Below are positions 29,340 through 38,334 of a stretch of DNA of 64,000 bases, piece by piece; position 1 is the stretch's first letter; every line of letters starts with the position of its first letter. The DNA lies in assembly GCA_016192035.1 (NCBI GenBank), contig JACPUW010000044.1:11496-75495 (forward strand). Direction: 5' to 3'. Below the pieces are notes generated by a model. It was not told the DNA's origin. It did not search any database and saw only the letters and a program-made list of their open reading frames with translations. The stretch is from Bacteroidota bacterium. Lineage in GTDB: Bacteria > Bacteroidota > Bacteroidia > CAILMK01 > JACPUW01. A program made the position numbers and the translations under genes.

Positions 29340-31115
29340 TCAGTCTGCAAATTGCAATTCATACAGCTTTCGGTAAAGCCCATCTTGTGCCATCAATTGG
29401 GCATGGGTACCTGTTTCGGCTATCTGGCCTTTTTCCATCACTACTATCTTGTCAGCCCGGCGAATGGTGCTCAGCCTATGGGCTATCACTATACTGGTGC
29501 GCCCTTTGAGCAAGAAATCCGTGGCTTGTTGAAGCATTTCCTCGGTTTCTTGGTCCACCGATGAGGTGGCCTCATCTAGGATGAGCACACGTGGATTGGC
29601 TGCCAGGGCCCGCAAAAAGGAAATTAGTTGGCGCTGGCCCGTGGACAAGCTGGCTCCCCGCTCCTGTACTTCATAGCAATACCCATTGGGCAAGCTATTG
29701 ATAAAATCATGTGAACCAACCTGTTTTGATATGCGCTCTATGTCGTCTTGGCATATTTCAGGGTTGTACAGGCTTATGTTATTGGCTATGGTGTCAGAGA
29801 ACAAAAACACGTCTTGCAGCACCACCGCCACATTCTTTCTCAGGAAAGAAAGTTCATATGACTGTATGGGCTCACCATCAAGATAAATGCTCCCCTCCTG
29901 TATGTCATATAATCGGTTGATAAGGTTGATTATAGTGGTTTTGCCCGCGCCCGTATGGCCCACTATGGCCAGCATTTGGCCCTCTTTAACTTCTAGGTTT
30001 ATTCCTTTTAGTATCTCTTGACCAGGCACATAGCTAAAATGTACGTTTTCCATCCTGACATTTCCTTTCACATCTCCTGAGGTAATATGCCCGTCGTTGG
30101 TCAAAAAACGATGGTCGTCCAGCAGTTGGTAAATGCGTTCAGACGAAACCATGCCCATTTGTAGGGTATTGAATTTGTCGGCAATTTGCCTTATTGGTCT
30201 AAATAGCCTTTCAACCAATAAGATAACCGCAGTAATTTCTCCAAAAGTAGCCATGCCCGATACAGACTGCTTGCCCCAATACCATACCAAGGCGGCCAGC
30301 GATATGGCTTGGAGTATCTCTATTACCGGGAAGAAAATGGAATAACTCAGTACCGCCTTGAGATTGGCTTTGAGTTCTTCCTTGCTTATTTGTTTAAACC
30401 TTTCATATTCTTCCCTCTGCCTATTAAAAAGTTGCACTATTTGCATGCCTGTGATGTGCTCTTGCAAAAAGGCGTTGAGCCGGGCTATCTGGTTGCGCAC
30501 TTCCCTAAAGCTATCCTTCACCGCTTCTTTAAAAACCCATCCGCTCACCAGAAGGAAGGGAAAGGAAACCAGCACCACCAGCGACAATTTCCAGTTGATG
30601 GCGAAAAGCATGGCCAGTATAAAAAACATCTGTAAAAAATCGCCAATGATGGCAATTAGGCCCTGAGCGAAAATATCGGCCACCTTCTCCACGTCAGAAA
30701 CGGTGCGTGTGATCAAGGTGCCTATGGGAGTTCGGTCAAATACCTGTGTTTTATAGCGCATTATGTGCTTAAACACCTTCATTCGCAAGGCCATCACGGC
30801 ATCCTGGCCTAGCAGGTTGGTAAGGTAGGTTTGGTAGTAGGTAGCCAGGGTTTGAATAACCATATAAGCCAGCAACCACAGGGTGAGCGATACCAGTAAG
30901 GCCTTGTTTGCCGTAACCACCGCCTCGTCAATCATGCGCATGATGGTCTTGGGTACCTGTGGGGTTACCCAAGCCACCATCAAGGTCACGCCCAGCGCCA
31001 GAAAAAAAATAAGCTTGCGTTCGGCTATGAGCATTAGAATCTTGCCCAAGAGCCGCATATCTAGCTTTCCCTTTGGTTTTGTTTGTGTTATGGGGTTCGT
31101 GTTTTCCAAAATCAC
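29340..31115 (-). CDS. ABC exporter, fused permease/ATPase
   Basis: TM domain plus GHTGAGKT, LSTGQRQL, LDEATS, IAHRLST. Confidence 0.93.
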   Translation of the reverse strand: MILENTNPITQTKPKGKLDMRLLGKILMLIAERKLIFFLALGVTLMVAWVTPQVPKTIMRMIDEAVVTANKALLVSLTLWLLAYMVIQTLATYYQTYLTNLLGQDAVMALRMKVFKHIMRYKTQVFDRTPIGTLITRTVSDVEKVADIFAQGLIAIIGDFLQMFFILAMLFAINWKLSLVVLVSFPFLLVSGWVFKEAVKDSFREVRNQIARLNAFLQEHITGMQIVQLFNRQREEYERFKQISKEELKANLKAVLSYSIFFPVIEILQAISLAALVWYWGKQSVSGMATFGEITAVILLVERLFRPIRQIADKFNTLQMGMVSSERIYQLLDDHRFLTNDGHITSGDVKGNVRMENVHFSYVPGQEILKGINLEVKEGQMLAIVGHTGAGKTTIINLINRLYDIQEGSIYLDGEPIQSYELSFLRKNVAVVLQDVFLFSDTIANNISLYNPEICQDDIERISKQVGSHDFINSLPNGYCYEVQERGASLSTGQRQLISFLRALAANPRVLILDEATSSVDQETEEMLQQATDFLLKGRTSIVIAHRLSTIRRADKIVVMEKGQIAETGTHAQLMAQDGLYRKLYELQFAD

Positions 31116-31885
31116 AATTTTTCAAGTGCATTATCGGGGTACTTCACCTGCACCAGGTACAAGCCATCGGGGGGGGCCACTATGCCGGTTTTACTGGGAT
31201 CGGCTGATGCTAGGGCACTTTCAAACTGCGCCAAGTCCATCCTGCCGCTGCCCAGCCATACCATGGTTCCCACCAGCTTGCGCACCATGGACCTTAGAAA
31301 CCGATTGGCATTTACTTGAAACACCCAATCATCACCGCGTACTTCCCAAGTGGCCCAGTTTAGTTTTACCTCATAGCTCTTATCTGGCGATTCAAGTTTT
31401 GAAAAAGCCTTGTAATTCACATACTTGGGTAGAATTTGGGCTGCGGCCTGCATGGCCTCCAAATCCAATTCTTGCTGATAGAATATGGTTTTGGTACCTA
31501 TGCCAAATGGATCCTTGCGCCTGGACAGTATGTATTCATACTGGCGTTCATAGGCATCAAAGCGTGCATGTAGCCGGTAGTGGTCTAGGTGAGCGGCCAC
31601 CCGGTATAAGTGTATGCAGGCTATGTCGCGGGGTAAAAAAGCATTCATTTCCCGGACCAATCCATGGTCCAGGGCCAGGTCTGTATCAAACTGTACAAAG
31701 AACTGACGGGCATGTACGCCGGTATCGGTACGGCCACAACCATAGCTGCGTATTGGCTGGTGTAGTTTCTTGCTTAGGCAGTCTTCAAACACCCCTTGTA
31801 CCGTAGTGGCATTGGGCTGTATTTGCCATCCGTTGTAGTTGGCTCCATTATAGGCTATTTGAAAGAAGTACCTTGTTTTCTGCAT
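31112..31885 (-). CDS. truA: tRNA pseudouridine(38-40) synthase
   Basis: YNGWQIQP, GCGRTDTGVHA, HARFDA, FLRSMVR, APPDGLYL. Confidence 0.95.
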   Translation of the reverse strand: MQKTRYFFQIAYNGANYNGWQIQPNATTVQGVFEDCLSKKLHQPIRSYGCGRTDTGVHARQFFVQFDTDLALDHGLVREMNAFLPRDIACIHLYRVAAHLDHYRLHARFDAYERQYEYILSRRKDPFGIGTKTIFYQQELDLEAMQAAAQILPKYVNYKAFSKLESPDKSYEVKLNWATWEVRGDDWVFQVNANRFLRSMVRKLVGTMVWLGSGRMDLAQFESALASADPSKTGIVAPPDGLYLVQVKYPDNALEKL

Positions 31886-31935
31886 ACTATCGCAGTGTTT
31901 AGCGGCTATTTGCCAGTAGGTTGTGCCGCACGGTG

Positions 31936-33135
31936 CTATAGTTTTTCAAAAATCACCGCAACCCCTTGGCCTACCCCCACGCACATGGTAGCCACGCCCA
32001 TGCGGCAGTTTGAACGTTTGTTCATTTCATGTAGCAAGGTGGTGCTTATGCGTGCGCCGCTCGCTCCCAATGGGTGCCCTAGGGCTATAGCCCCTCCATT
32101 CACGTTCACCTTGTTGGGATCCAAATCCAAATCGCGCATACAGGCCAGGGATTGCGCAGCAAATGCCTCGTTCAGTTCCACCAGGTCCAAGTCAGCCATG
32201 CTGAGGCCAGCCCGCGCCAGGGCCTTGTTTACGGCAGGTACCGGGCCCACGCCCATAATGGCCGGATCTACCCCGGCCGCTGCCGCGCTAACCACACGGG
32301 CCATGGGCTTTAATCCCATGGAAACAAGCAATTTTTCAGAAACCATGAGCAGCACCGAAGCGCCATCGTTGATGCCTGAAGAATTGCCGGCGGTAACCGT
32401 GCCCCCTTTTTTAAAGGCTGGGGCAAGTTTTGCCAATTCTTCCACGCTTGAAAGGCGCGGATGTTCATCAAACTCTACCACCAAATCACCCCCTTTGCGC
32501 CGGGGAATGGCCACTGGCACCAATTCATCCAGGAATCTGCCTTGCTGATGGGCAACTTGATACTTGGCCTGTGAGCCATGTGCAAAAAGGTCTTGGTCCT
32601 CTCGGCTTATGGCCCACCTTTCGGCCACATTCTCTGCGGTTTCGCCCATGGAGTAGGGGTGGTGTATGCCTGCAAGGGCGGGATTGGTGAAACGCCATCC
32701 AATGGTGGTATCATATACCTGGACGTTCCTGCCCCAGGCTTGTTCATTCTTTGCCATTACAAATGGTGCGCGGGTCATACTCTCGGTGCCGCCCACTATA
32801 TAGGCATCGCCATGGCCAGCAGCTATGGCCCTGGCAGCATCCATGATAGACTGGAGGCCCGAACCGCATAGCCTATTCACGGTTACGCCCGCTACCTGCA
32901 CGGGGAGCCCTGCCAGCAGGGCCGCCATACGCGCCACGTTCCGGTTGTCTTCACCAGCTTGGTTGGCCGCACCCAGTATTACCTCCTCGGTAATTGCAGG
33001 GTCATAGTTGGGTTGACGCTTCAACAACTCCTTGATAACCAGCGCGGCCAAGTCATCAGGCCGGACTTGGCCCAGGGCCCCGCCAAACTTACCTATTGGC
33101 GTACGCACGGCATCAATTATATAGGCAGCATTCAT
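31936..33135 (-). CDS. Acetyl-CoA C-acyltransferase (PcaF/PaaJ-like thiolase)
   Basis: NQAGEDNRNVAR, NRLCGSG, NEAFA, GHPLGASG, MCVGVGQG. TACCTTTG at 33162-33169 supports ATG 33135. Confidence 0.93.
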   Translation of the reverse strand: MNAAYIIDAVRTPIGKFGGALGQVRPDDLAALVIKELLKRQPNYDPAITEEVILGAANQAGEDNRNVARMAALLAGLPVQVAGVTVNRLCGSGLQSIMDAARAIAAGHGDAYIVGGTESMTRAPFVMAKNEQAWGRNVQVYDTTIGWRFTNPALAGIHHPYSMGETAENVAERWAISREDQDLFAHGSQAKYQVAHQQGRFLDELVPVAIPRRKGGDLVVEFDEHPRLSSVEELAKLAPAFKKGGTVTAGNSSGINDGASVLLMVSEKLLVSMGLKPMARVVSAAAAGVDPAIMGVGPVPAVNKALARAGLSMADLDLVELNEAFAAQSLACMRDLDLDPNKVNVNGGAIALGHPLGASGARISTTLLHEMNKRSNCRMGVATMCVGVGQGVAVIFEKL

Positions 33136-33196
33136 ATGTGATAAGTCTTGAACAATTTGGGCAAAGGTATCGCAATGGGGAGGGAGCGTACCCAGC

Positions 33197-33787
33197 TCAT
33201 GGTAGGGAAGGCTGCTGCCAAACAAATCGGTATGGCAATAGGCGGTCTTCCTGGGCATAATCTATTCCTACACGTGGGCCTACACACACCTGGTCTGGGT
33301 TCACGCTTAGGCCCAAATCACGAATTTGCAAACTGGCTGAGTCAAGCCTAGATCCATTGTGCGATAGGTTAATACCCAGGGCCTGGCAAAGTTTGCCGGG
33401 GCCGTTGCACCATTGTGGCCTAGGTGTGCCCTTGCGGCGTAGCCCTATCAAGCCTTCTCCCTGTGTTGGGTTTATAGCCCTGATCAATATGGCATTGGGA
33501 ATGCCATGCGCATGGGCAACTACATTGAACATATGGTGCAGCCCATAGCATAGATAGACATAAGCTATGCCTCCTGCCTGAAACATGGTAGAGGTGCGCT
33601 GGGTAAACCTGCCGCCATAGGCATGTGAGGCTTTGTCGGTTATACCTGCATACGCTTCTGTTTCAGTTATCAATCCTGCCGTAGTTCCTTCTGGGCCAGC
33701 ACACACAATTTCCTTGCCCAGTAGGCCTTGGGCTATAATGAGCAGGTCTTTAGAAATATAGAACTCCCTAGGAAGCGTGAATGCCAT
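33197..33787 (-). CDS. mpg: 3-methyladenine DNA glycosylase (AAG/MPG family)
   Basis: ITETEAY, AYVYLCYG, NGPGKLCQALGI, PRVGI. Confidence 0.92.
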   Translation of the reverse strand: MAFTLPREFYISKDLLIIAQGLLGKEIVCAGPEGTTAGLITETEAYAGITDKASHAYGGRFTQRTSTMFQAGGIAYVYLCYGLHHMFNVVAHAHGIPNAILIRAINPTQGEGLIGLRRKGTPRPQWCNGPGKLCQALGINLSHNGSRLDSASLQIRDLGLSVNPDQVCVGPRVGIDYAQEDRLLPYRFVWQQPSLP

Positions 33788-34511
33788 GGGTTTGCTTAAG
33801 GCAAATCTCTCCTTTGGCATTAAAAATGGGCACTACATCAAACAAATCGATTGAATTGCAATAGACAATATCTTCATGCAATTGCAAGTGTTTCAACCGG
33901 TTGGTGTGTGAGGCTTGGTGCATAAACCCTTCTATATCAACCTTTGCCATATCATACAGCCTCATGGATGCCAAGCAAGAGTCACACTCGGTATTCCAGC
34001 CGCGCTCCAAGAGCAACTGTGACATGGCGCCGGCAGCAATGGTATCCTCCAGGTTGAACCGGTCTCGCCAGCCTGCACATAAGAACATCACCGACTCGTG
34101 GCTTTCGGCCAAGTAATCGGCCACTGCGGTTTGGTTTAGAAATGCGCCCACCACTATTTCTTTGGCGGCGGTGGCTTTAAGGAGTGCCTTGGTGCCATTG
34201 CTGGTGCTCAGGACCACGGTTTTGCCTTTGTACTGGCCGTTCACAAAACTCAGCGGTGAATTGCCCAGGTCAAAACCGTCCACCACTGCGCCTTGTCGCT
34301 CGGCAGCGGTGATATAGCCTTTGTCCCGGTACTTACGGGCCTCTTCAAGGGTGGATACGGGAATAATGCGTTCCACCCCAGAACCCAGCGCCGCTACAAT
34401 GGCACTGGTGGCCCTATATACGTCTATGACTACTACTGCTTTTCGCGATAGTTCGTACAGCGGGATATGAAAGGGCGAAAAACAAACCTCTACGTTGTAT
34501 TTTTTATCCAA
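33768..34511 (-). CDS. comB: 2-phosphosulfolactate phosphatase family protein
   Basis: VIDVYRATS, AER, GFDLGNSP, TSNGT, CAG, EDTIAAG. Confidence 0.88.
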   Translation of the reverse strand: MDKKYNVEVCFSPFHIPLYELSRKAVVVIDVYRATSAIVAALGSGVERIIPVSTLEEARKYRDKGYITAAERQGAVVDGFDLGNSPLSFVNGQYKGKTVVLSTSNGTKALLKATAAKEIVVGAFLNQTAVADYLAESHESVMFLCAGWRDRFNLEDTIAAGAMSQLLLERGWNTECDSCLASMRLYDMAKVDIEGFMHQASHTNRLKHLQLHEDIVYCNSIDLFDVVPIFNAKGEICLKQTHGIHAS

Positions 34512-34541
34512 TGTCAGGTTTTTAATGGTGGTTACTAAGCC

Positions 34542-34898
34542 TTACGCACTCTTTTTATAGTATTTGATGAACCCAAAAAGGAGTCGTTTGGCCGTATCAA
34601 GCGATTCCATGCTTGTGGCCAGTTCATCAGGTGATATATAATTGAGGCGTTCGGCCAGGTGATACATGGATTCTATTTCGTAAATAATTCCCTTTGCCCT
34701 AAATAGGTACTTTAGTGATTCGGTGCCGTATTTTCTGCTGGCGGCCGCAGCTATATTGGCCGGGAGGTGGGTTACCGAAGATCGGAGCAAAAACCCCAGG
34801 CCCTGTGTGGTGTTTTCAGGGAACTTCTCGGCCATATGGTAGGCCTCGGCAGCCAAATCCAAAGAGGCTTTCCACACATCCAGATCTTGAACTTTCAT
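34542..34898 (-). CDS. Four-helix-bundle protein (23S rRNA IVP/S23/bAvd-like), divergent
   Basis: DLDVWK, FP...GL, LPANIA, AERLNYIS pattern; 118 aa. Confidence 0.75.
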   Translation of the reverse strand: MKVQDLDVWKASLDLAAEAYHMAEKFPENTTQGLGFLLRSSVTHLPANIAAAASRKYGTESLKYLFRAKGIIYEIESMYHLAERLNYISPDELATSMESLDTAKRLLFGFIKYYKKSA

Positions 34899-34912
34899 TG
34901 CACGCCTGCCGC

Positions 34913-36007
34913 TTATTGTTGCTTAAAAAAAGGAAGTTTTACTACTACTGCCTTCGTCAATTTGTTTCGCACGCCTACAAAAACTTCATGGCCTTCAGTT
35001 GCCATTTGGGTGGGCACATAGCCCAGCGCTATGGCTTTGTCCAGGCTGGGTGAGTGGGTACCTGAGGTAACAAAACCCACTTGATTTCCCTCTGCGTCAC
35101 AAAGCGGGTAATCATGCCTGGGTATGGCCTTATCCACCATTTCCAATGCCACCAATTTTCTCTTTAACCCTTGGCCCTTTTGGTTTTTCAAATGTTCCAT
35201 ACCCACAAAACCACCTACTTTGTCGAGTTTGGTAATCCAGCCAAGCCCGGCTTCAAGGGGTGATGTTGTGTCAGTTATGTCATTGCCGTACAGGCAATAA
35301 CCCATTTCAAGCCGAAGTGTGTCGCGGCAGCCAAGCCCAGTGGGCATTAGGCCAAACCCTTTACCCGCTTCCATTATGGCGTCCCATACCTCAGCTGCCA
35401 CCTGTACAGGCACGTAAATTTCAAACCCACCAGCTCCAGTATATCCTGTGTTTGAAATGGTTATATTTTGTATTCCGGCAAAAGTCCCTATGCGGAATTG
35501 GTAAAACGGTATGTCGGCTAAGTGTACTGGGGTAAGTTTTTGGAGCGCCTGCATGGCCTTAGGCCCTTGCACGGCCATAAGGGCAATATTGTCAGATACA
35601 TCCGTAAAATCGGCACCAAATTTTTTGTTGATTTCTGAGAGCCAGTTCCAATCTTTCTCCAAACAAGCACCATTCACCACCAGCATATAGTCATTTTCCC
35701 CTATCATATACACCAGAAGGTCATCTACTATGCCTCCATCATGGTTTGGCATACAGGAATACTGCGCTTTTCCTGCCGAGAGTTTAGATGCGTCGTTGCT
35801 GGTGGCATAGTTAATAAAAGGGAGGGCACTGGGGCCCTTCACCAGGAATTCTCCCATATGGCTCACATCAAACATGCCTATTTGTTCGCGTACGGCGCGG
35901 TGTTCCTCTTTAATGCCAGAATAGGACACAGGCATTTCAAAACCAGCAAATGGAACCATTTTGGCACCCAACGCTATGTGTTTATGGTATAATGGGGTTC
36001 TTTTCAC
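34913..36007 (-). CDS. gcvT: Glycine cleavage system aminomethyltransferase T
   Basis: FAGFEMPV, FDVSHMGE, TGYTGAGGFE, RDTLRLEMG. TACATTTG at 36036-36043 supports GTG 36007. Confidence 0.96.
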   Translation of the reverse strand: MKRTPLYHKHIALGAKMVPFAGFEMPVSYSGIKEEHRAVREQIGMFDVSHMGEFLVKGPSALPFINYATSNDASKLSAGKAQYSCMPNHDGGIVDDLLVYMIGENDYMLVVNGACLEKDWNWLSEINKKFGADFTDVSDNIALMAVQGPKAMQALQKLTPVHLADIPFYQFRIGTFAGIQNITISNTGYTGAGGFEIYVPVQVAAEVWDAIMEAGKGFGLMPTGLGCRDTLRLEMGYCLYGNDITDTTSPLEAGLGWITKLDKVGGFVGMEHLKNQKGQGLKRKLVALEMVDKAIPRHDYPLCDAEGNQVGFVTSGTHSPSLDKAIALGYVPTQMATEGHEVFVGVRNKLTKAVVVKLPFFKQQ

Positions 36008-36118
36008 TTGATTTACAGTATTGAAAAATTGGGCGCAAATGTACATAGCAGGCCCTTATGTGCGCTATACCATAGGGGTGGAGGTAAAGGATGGCCTTAC
36101 CTGTTGATTTTGTACGCT

Positions 36119-37207
36119 TTAATCAAAACTTAACCGTGCTGCAGCCTGCACCCAGCGAAAAGGTATTTCGCCCCGTGCAGCCTCCTCATAGTCGGCATAG
36201 GAGCAAGGTATTAGGTATTTATATTCAGGCAATTGGGGGTTCTCCACCGGAAAATGAATCCACCATCGGTCAGTCCTTACGGATTTAATAAAGCGGAGTT
36301 GGTTGTCGCCTTTGTCAAGCCCCACCGTATATAAAAGATAGTCGCGGCTACCGTCAAGTGGGCTTTCAAGGCAGCGAATGGATACTCCTTCCACAAAGTA
36401 CCATATCATTTGGGCAAATTGTTCAGCACCAATATGCTTTAAGCCAAAATCATCGGCATGAAGGGAACATGCCCACAGATTGGTATTGGCACCGGCATAG
36501 CGCAGTATGGCACAGGCTTCTTCTCCCAGAAGGCCGTTAGGGTAACTATGCCCTAGGCCCATATGCGCCGTCTTGATGGCCGTAAAATCCAAATGGAGGT
36601 AGTTGGCCATGCGCACCATGGGCTCGGCCAAATGGATTCCTGTCTTGAGCATACCCAAGCGGAGAGACTCAAACCCCAATTTATCTAGGTATGCTAACTG
36701 ATTCTCTGTTATGTGATTGCCTTGGTATGCGAGCAATCCGTAGTAGTGCACGTCGTTGGTAAAATTTAGCCCTAAGGGGCCAGATGGAAGCAAATCAACG
36801 CCATTGGAAGTTTCCACCATGGCATATCCCAAACCCATTTGATGATGGGCCAAGCGCATGACCTTAGCCACAAATCCATTTATGTCGCAGAATATCAATA
36901 CTGTTTTTCCCATTTCATATAAATCGCCAAGTATATAGGCCAGTTCCTTGGCGCTGGCCTCCTCATCTAGTAGGGTATAGTGGCCCAAGTCGGCAAATTG
37001 ATGAAAACCATAACCATTGGCATAGGCATAAAGCCTATCACGCAGGGGCCCTGACAACACTGGGCCTCCGAGCTCTATGGAGAAAAAGACTATTCCGTAG
37101 GCGTCGAGCCTAAAACCAGGATCGCCCCATTTCCCCATTTGGGCACCGGCACTATGGACACCCGCTGTGTGTACTTTCACAGGAAAAAAACTGTTGAGCC
37201 ACTCCAT
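36119..37207 (-). CDS. Arginase/formimidoylglutamase-like protein, degenerate
   Basis: ADLG, PNGLLGEEAC, AQMIWYFVEG and the Bacteroidota-type tail KSxxTDRWW...IPCSYADY...GEIPxRW. Confidence 0.65.
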   Translation of the reverse strand: MEWLNSFFPVKVHTAGVHSAGAQMGKWGDPGFRLDAYGIVFFSIELGGPVLSGPLRDRLYAYANGYGFHQFADLGHYTLLDEEASAKELAYILGDLYEMGKTVLIFCDINGFVAKVMRLAHHQMGLGYAMVETSNGVDLLPSGPLGLNFTNDVHYYGLLAYQGNHITENQLAYLDKLGFESLRLGMLKTGIHLAEPMVRMANYLHLDFTAIKTAHMGLGHSYPNGLLGEEACAILRYAGANTNLWACSLHADDFGLKHIGAEQFAQMIWYFVEGVSIRCLESPLDGSRDYLLYTVGLDKGDNQLRFIKSVRTDRWWIHFPVENPQLPEYKYLIPCSYADYEEAARGEIPFRWVQAAARLSFD

Positions 37208-37278
37208 GCTTCCAAAAGTATCTTACGCTGCTCAGGGCATTTCGGTGCTTTATGCACAGTGGTTTTATGTTTGTGGCC

Positions 37279-38334
37279 ATGCAAGTCCCCAAACGCGTTT
37301 TCCTTACCGGGGCTACCGGGTTTGTGGGCACCCACACCCTCTTTCATCTGCTGCACCAGGGATACGAGGTTACCGCTATTAGGCGAAATAGTAAGGTCTT
37401 GCCCGTACAGGAGTTGGTTTTCGAATTATTGAACCAACGCCATGGATGCAGTATTGGCTTGGGACAGGCCAATTGGGTGCTGGGCGACATACTTGACCAC
37501 AATGCACTTACTAAAATGAGCGCTGGCGCCGATGCCTTCATACATACGGCCGCCAAGGTCTCCTTCCATCATACAGACAGGGATACTATGTCGTCGGCGA
37601 ATATTCATGGAACCGCCAATGTGGTCAATGCCTGTTTGGCCAACGGGATAAGCAGGTTGATCCATCTTAGCTCCGTGGCTGCACTGCCCAACCCCGATAA
37701 AAAAAAGGAATTGGACGAGCGATTTCTTAACAGCACATTCTACAGGTTTGAGTCAAGCTATGGCGAGAGCAAGTACCGTGGGGAAATGGAGGTATGGCGA
37801 GGGCAGGGTGAGGGGCTGGATGTGAGCGTGTTTAACCCGGGCATCATCATTGGCGAATGGAAGTTTAGCCTAAGTTCGGTTGAAATGTTCAAGGCAGTGG
37901 CCAATGGTATGCCTTTTTATTCAAGTGGAATGACAGGTTTAGTAGATATAAACGATGTGGCCCAAGCCCTTACAACATCTTTACTAAAGCCCCAAAGCAT
38001 TGGAAAAAGGTATATCTTGGTAGGTGATAATTTGAAATATAGAGACTTGCTGTGGCAAATAGCCGATGACTTGGGTAGGCCACGCCCGCGTATTATGGTG
38101 GGTAGGGGCGCTAGCGTGGCAGTAGCTGCCTTGGCCACGTTTTGGGCGTCATTAACTGGGGGCAAAGCATTTATATCACTTGAAATGGCCAAGGCGGCCA
38201 GCAGGGTTACCTATTTTAGCCATGAACGGGCCATAAAAGACCTTGACATGTCCTTTTCACCACTTGCGGCTGCTATACAGCGCACGGCCCGGTTTTATCT
38301 TGACCATCCAAGCTTGGCCGTAAATGAAGTTTAA
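37279..38334 (+). CDS. NAD-dependent epimerase/dehydratase (extended SDR)
   Basis: TGATGFVG, HTAAKVSF, SSVAAL, YGESK. TATGTTTG at 37266-37273. Confidence 0.9.
   Translation: MQVPKRVFLTGATGFVGTHTLFHLLHQGYEVTAIRRNSKVLPVQELVFELLNQRHGCSIGLGQANWVLGDILDHNALTKMSAGADAFIHTAAKVSFHHTDRDTMSSANIHGTANVVNACLANGISRLIHLSSVAALPNPDKKKELDERFLNSTFYRFESSYGESKYRGEMEVWRGQGEGLDVSVFNPGIIIGEWKFSLSSVEMFKAVANGMPFYSSGMTGLVDINDVAQALTTSLLKPQSIGKRYILVGDNLKYRDLLWQIADDLGRPRPRIMVGRGASVAVAALATFWASLTGGKAFISLEMAKAASRVTYFSHERAIKDLDMSFSPLAAAIQRTARFYLDHPSLAVNEV

Noticed and set aside
30883-31806. 307-aa plus-strand ORF
   Set aside because: Antisense to truA and the ABC exporter, with atypical composition.
31796-32548. 250-aa plus-strand ORF
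   Set aside because: Antisense shadow of the thiolase gene with no recognisable motifs.
34542-34898. Diversity-generating retroelement (Avd)
   Set aside because: No reverse transcriptase and no template/variable repeat pair seen in the window.
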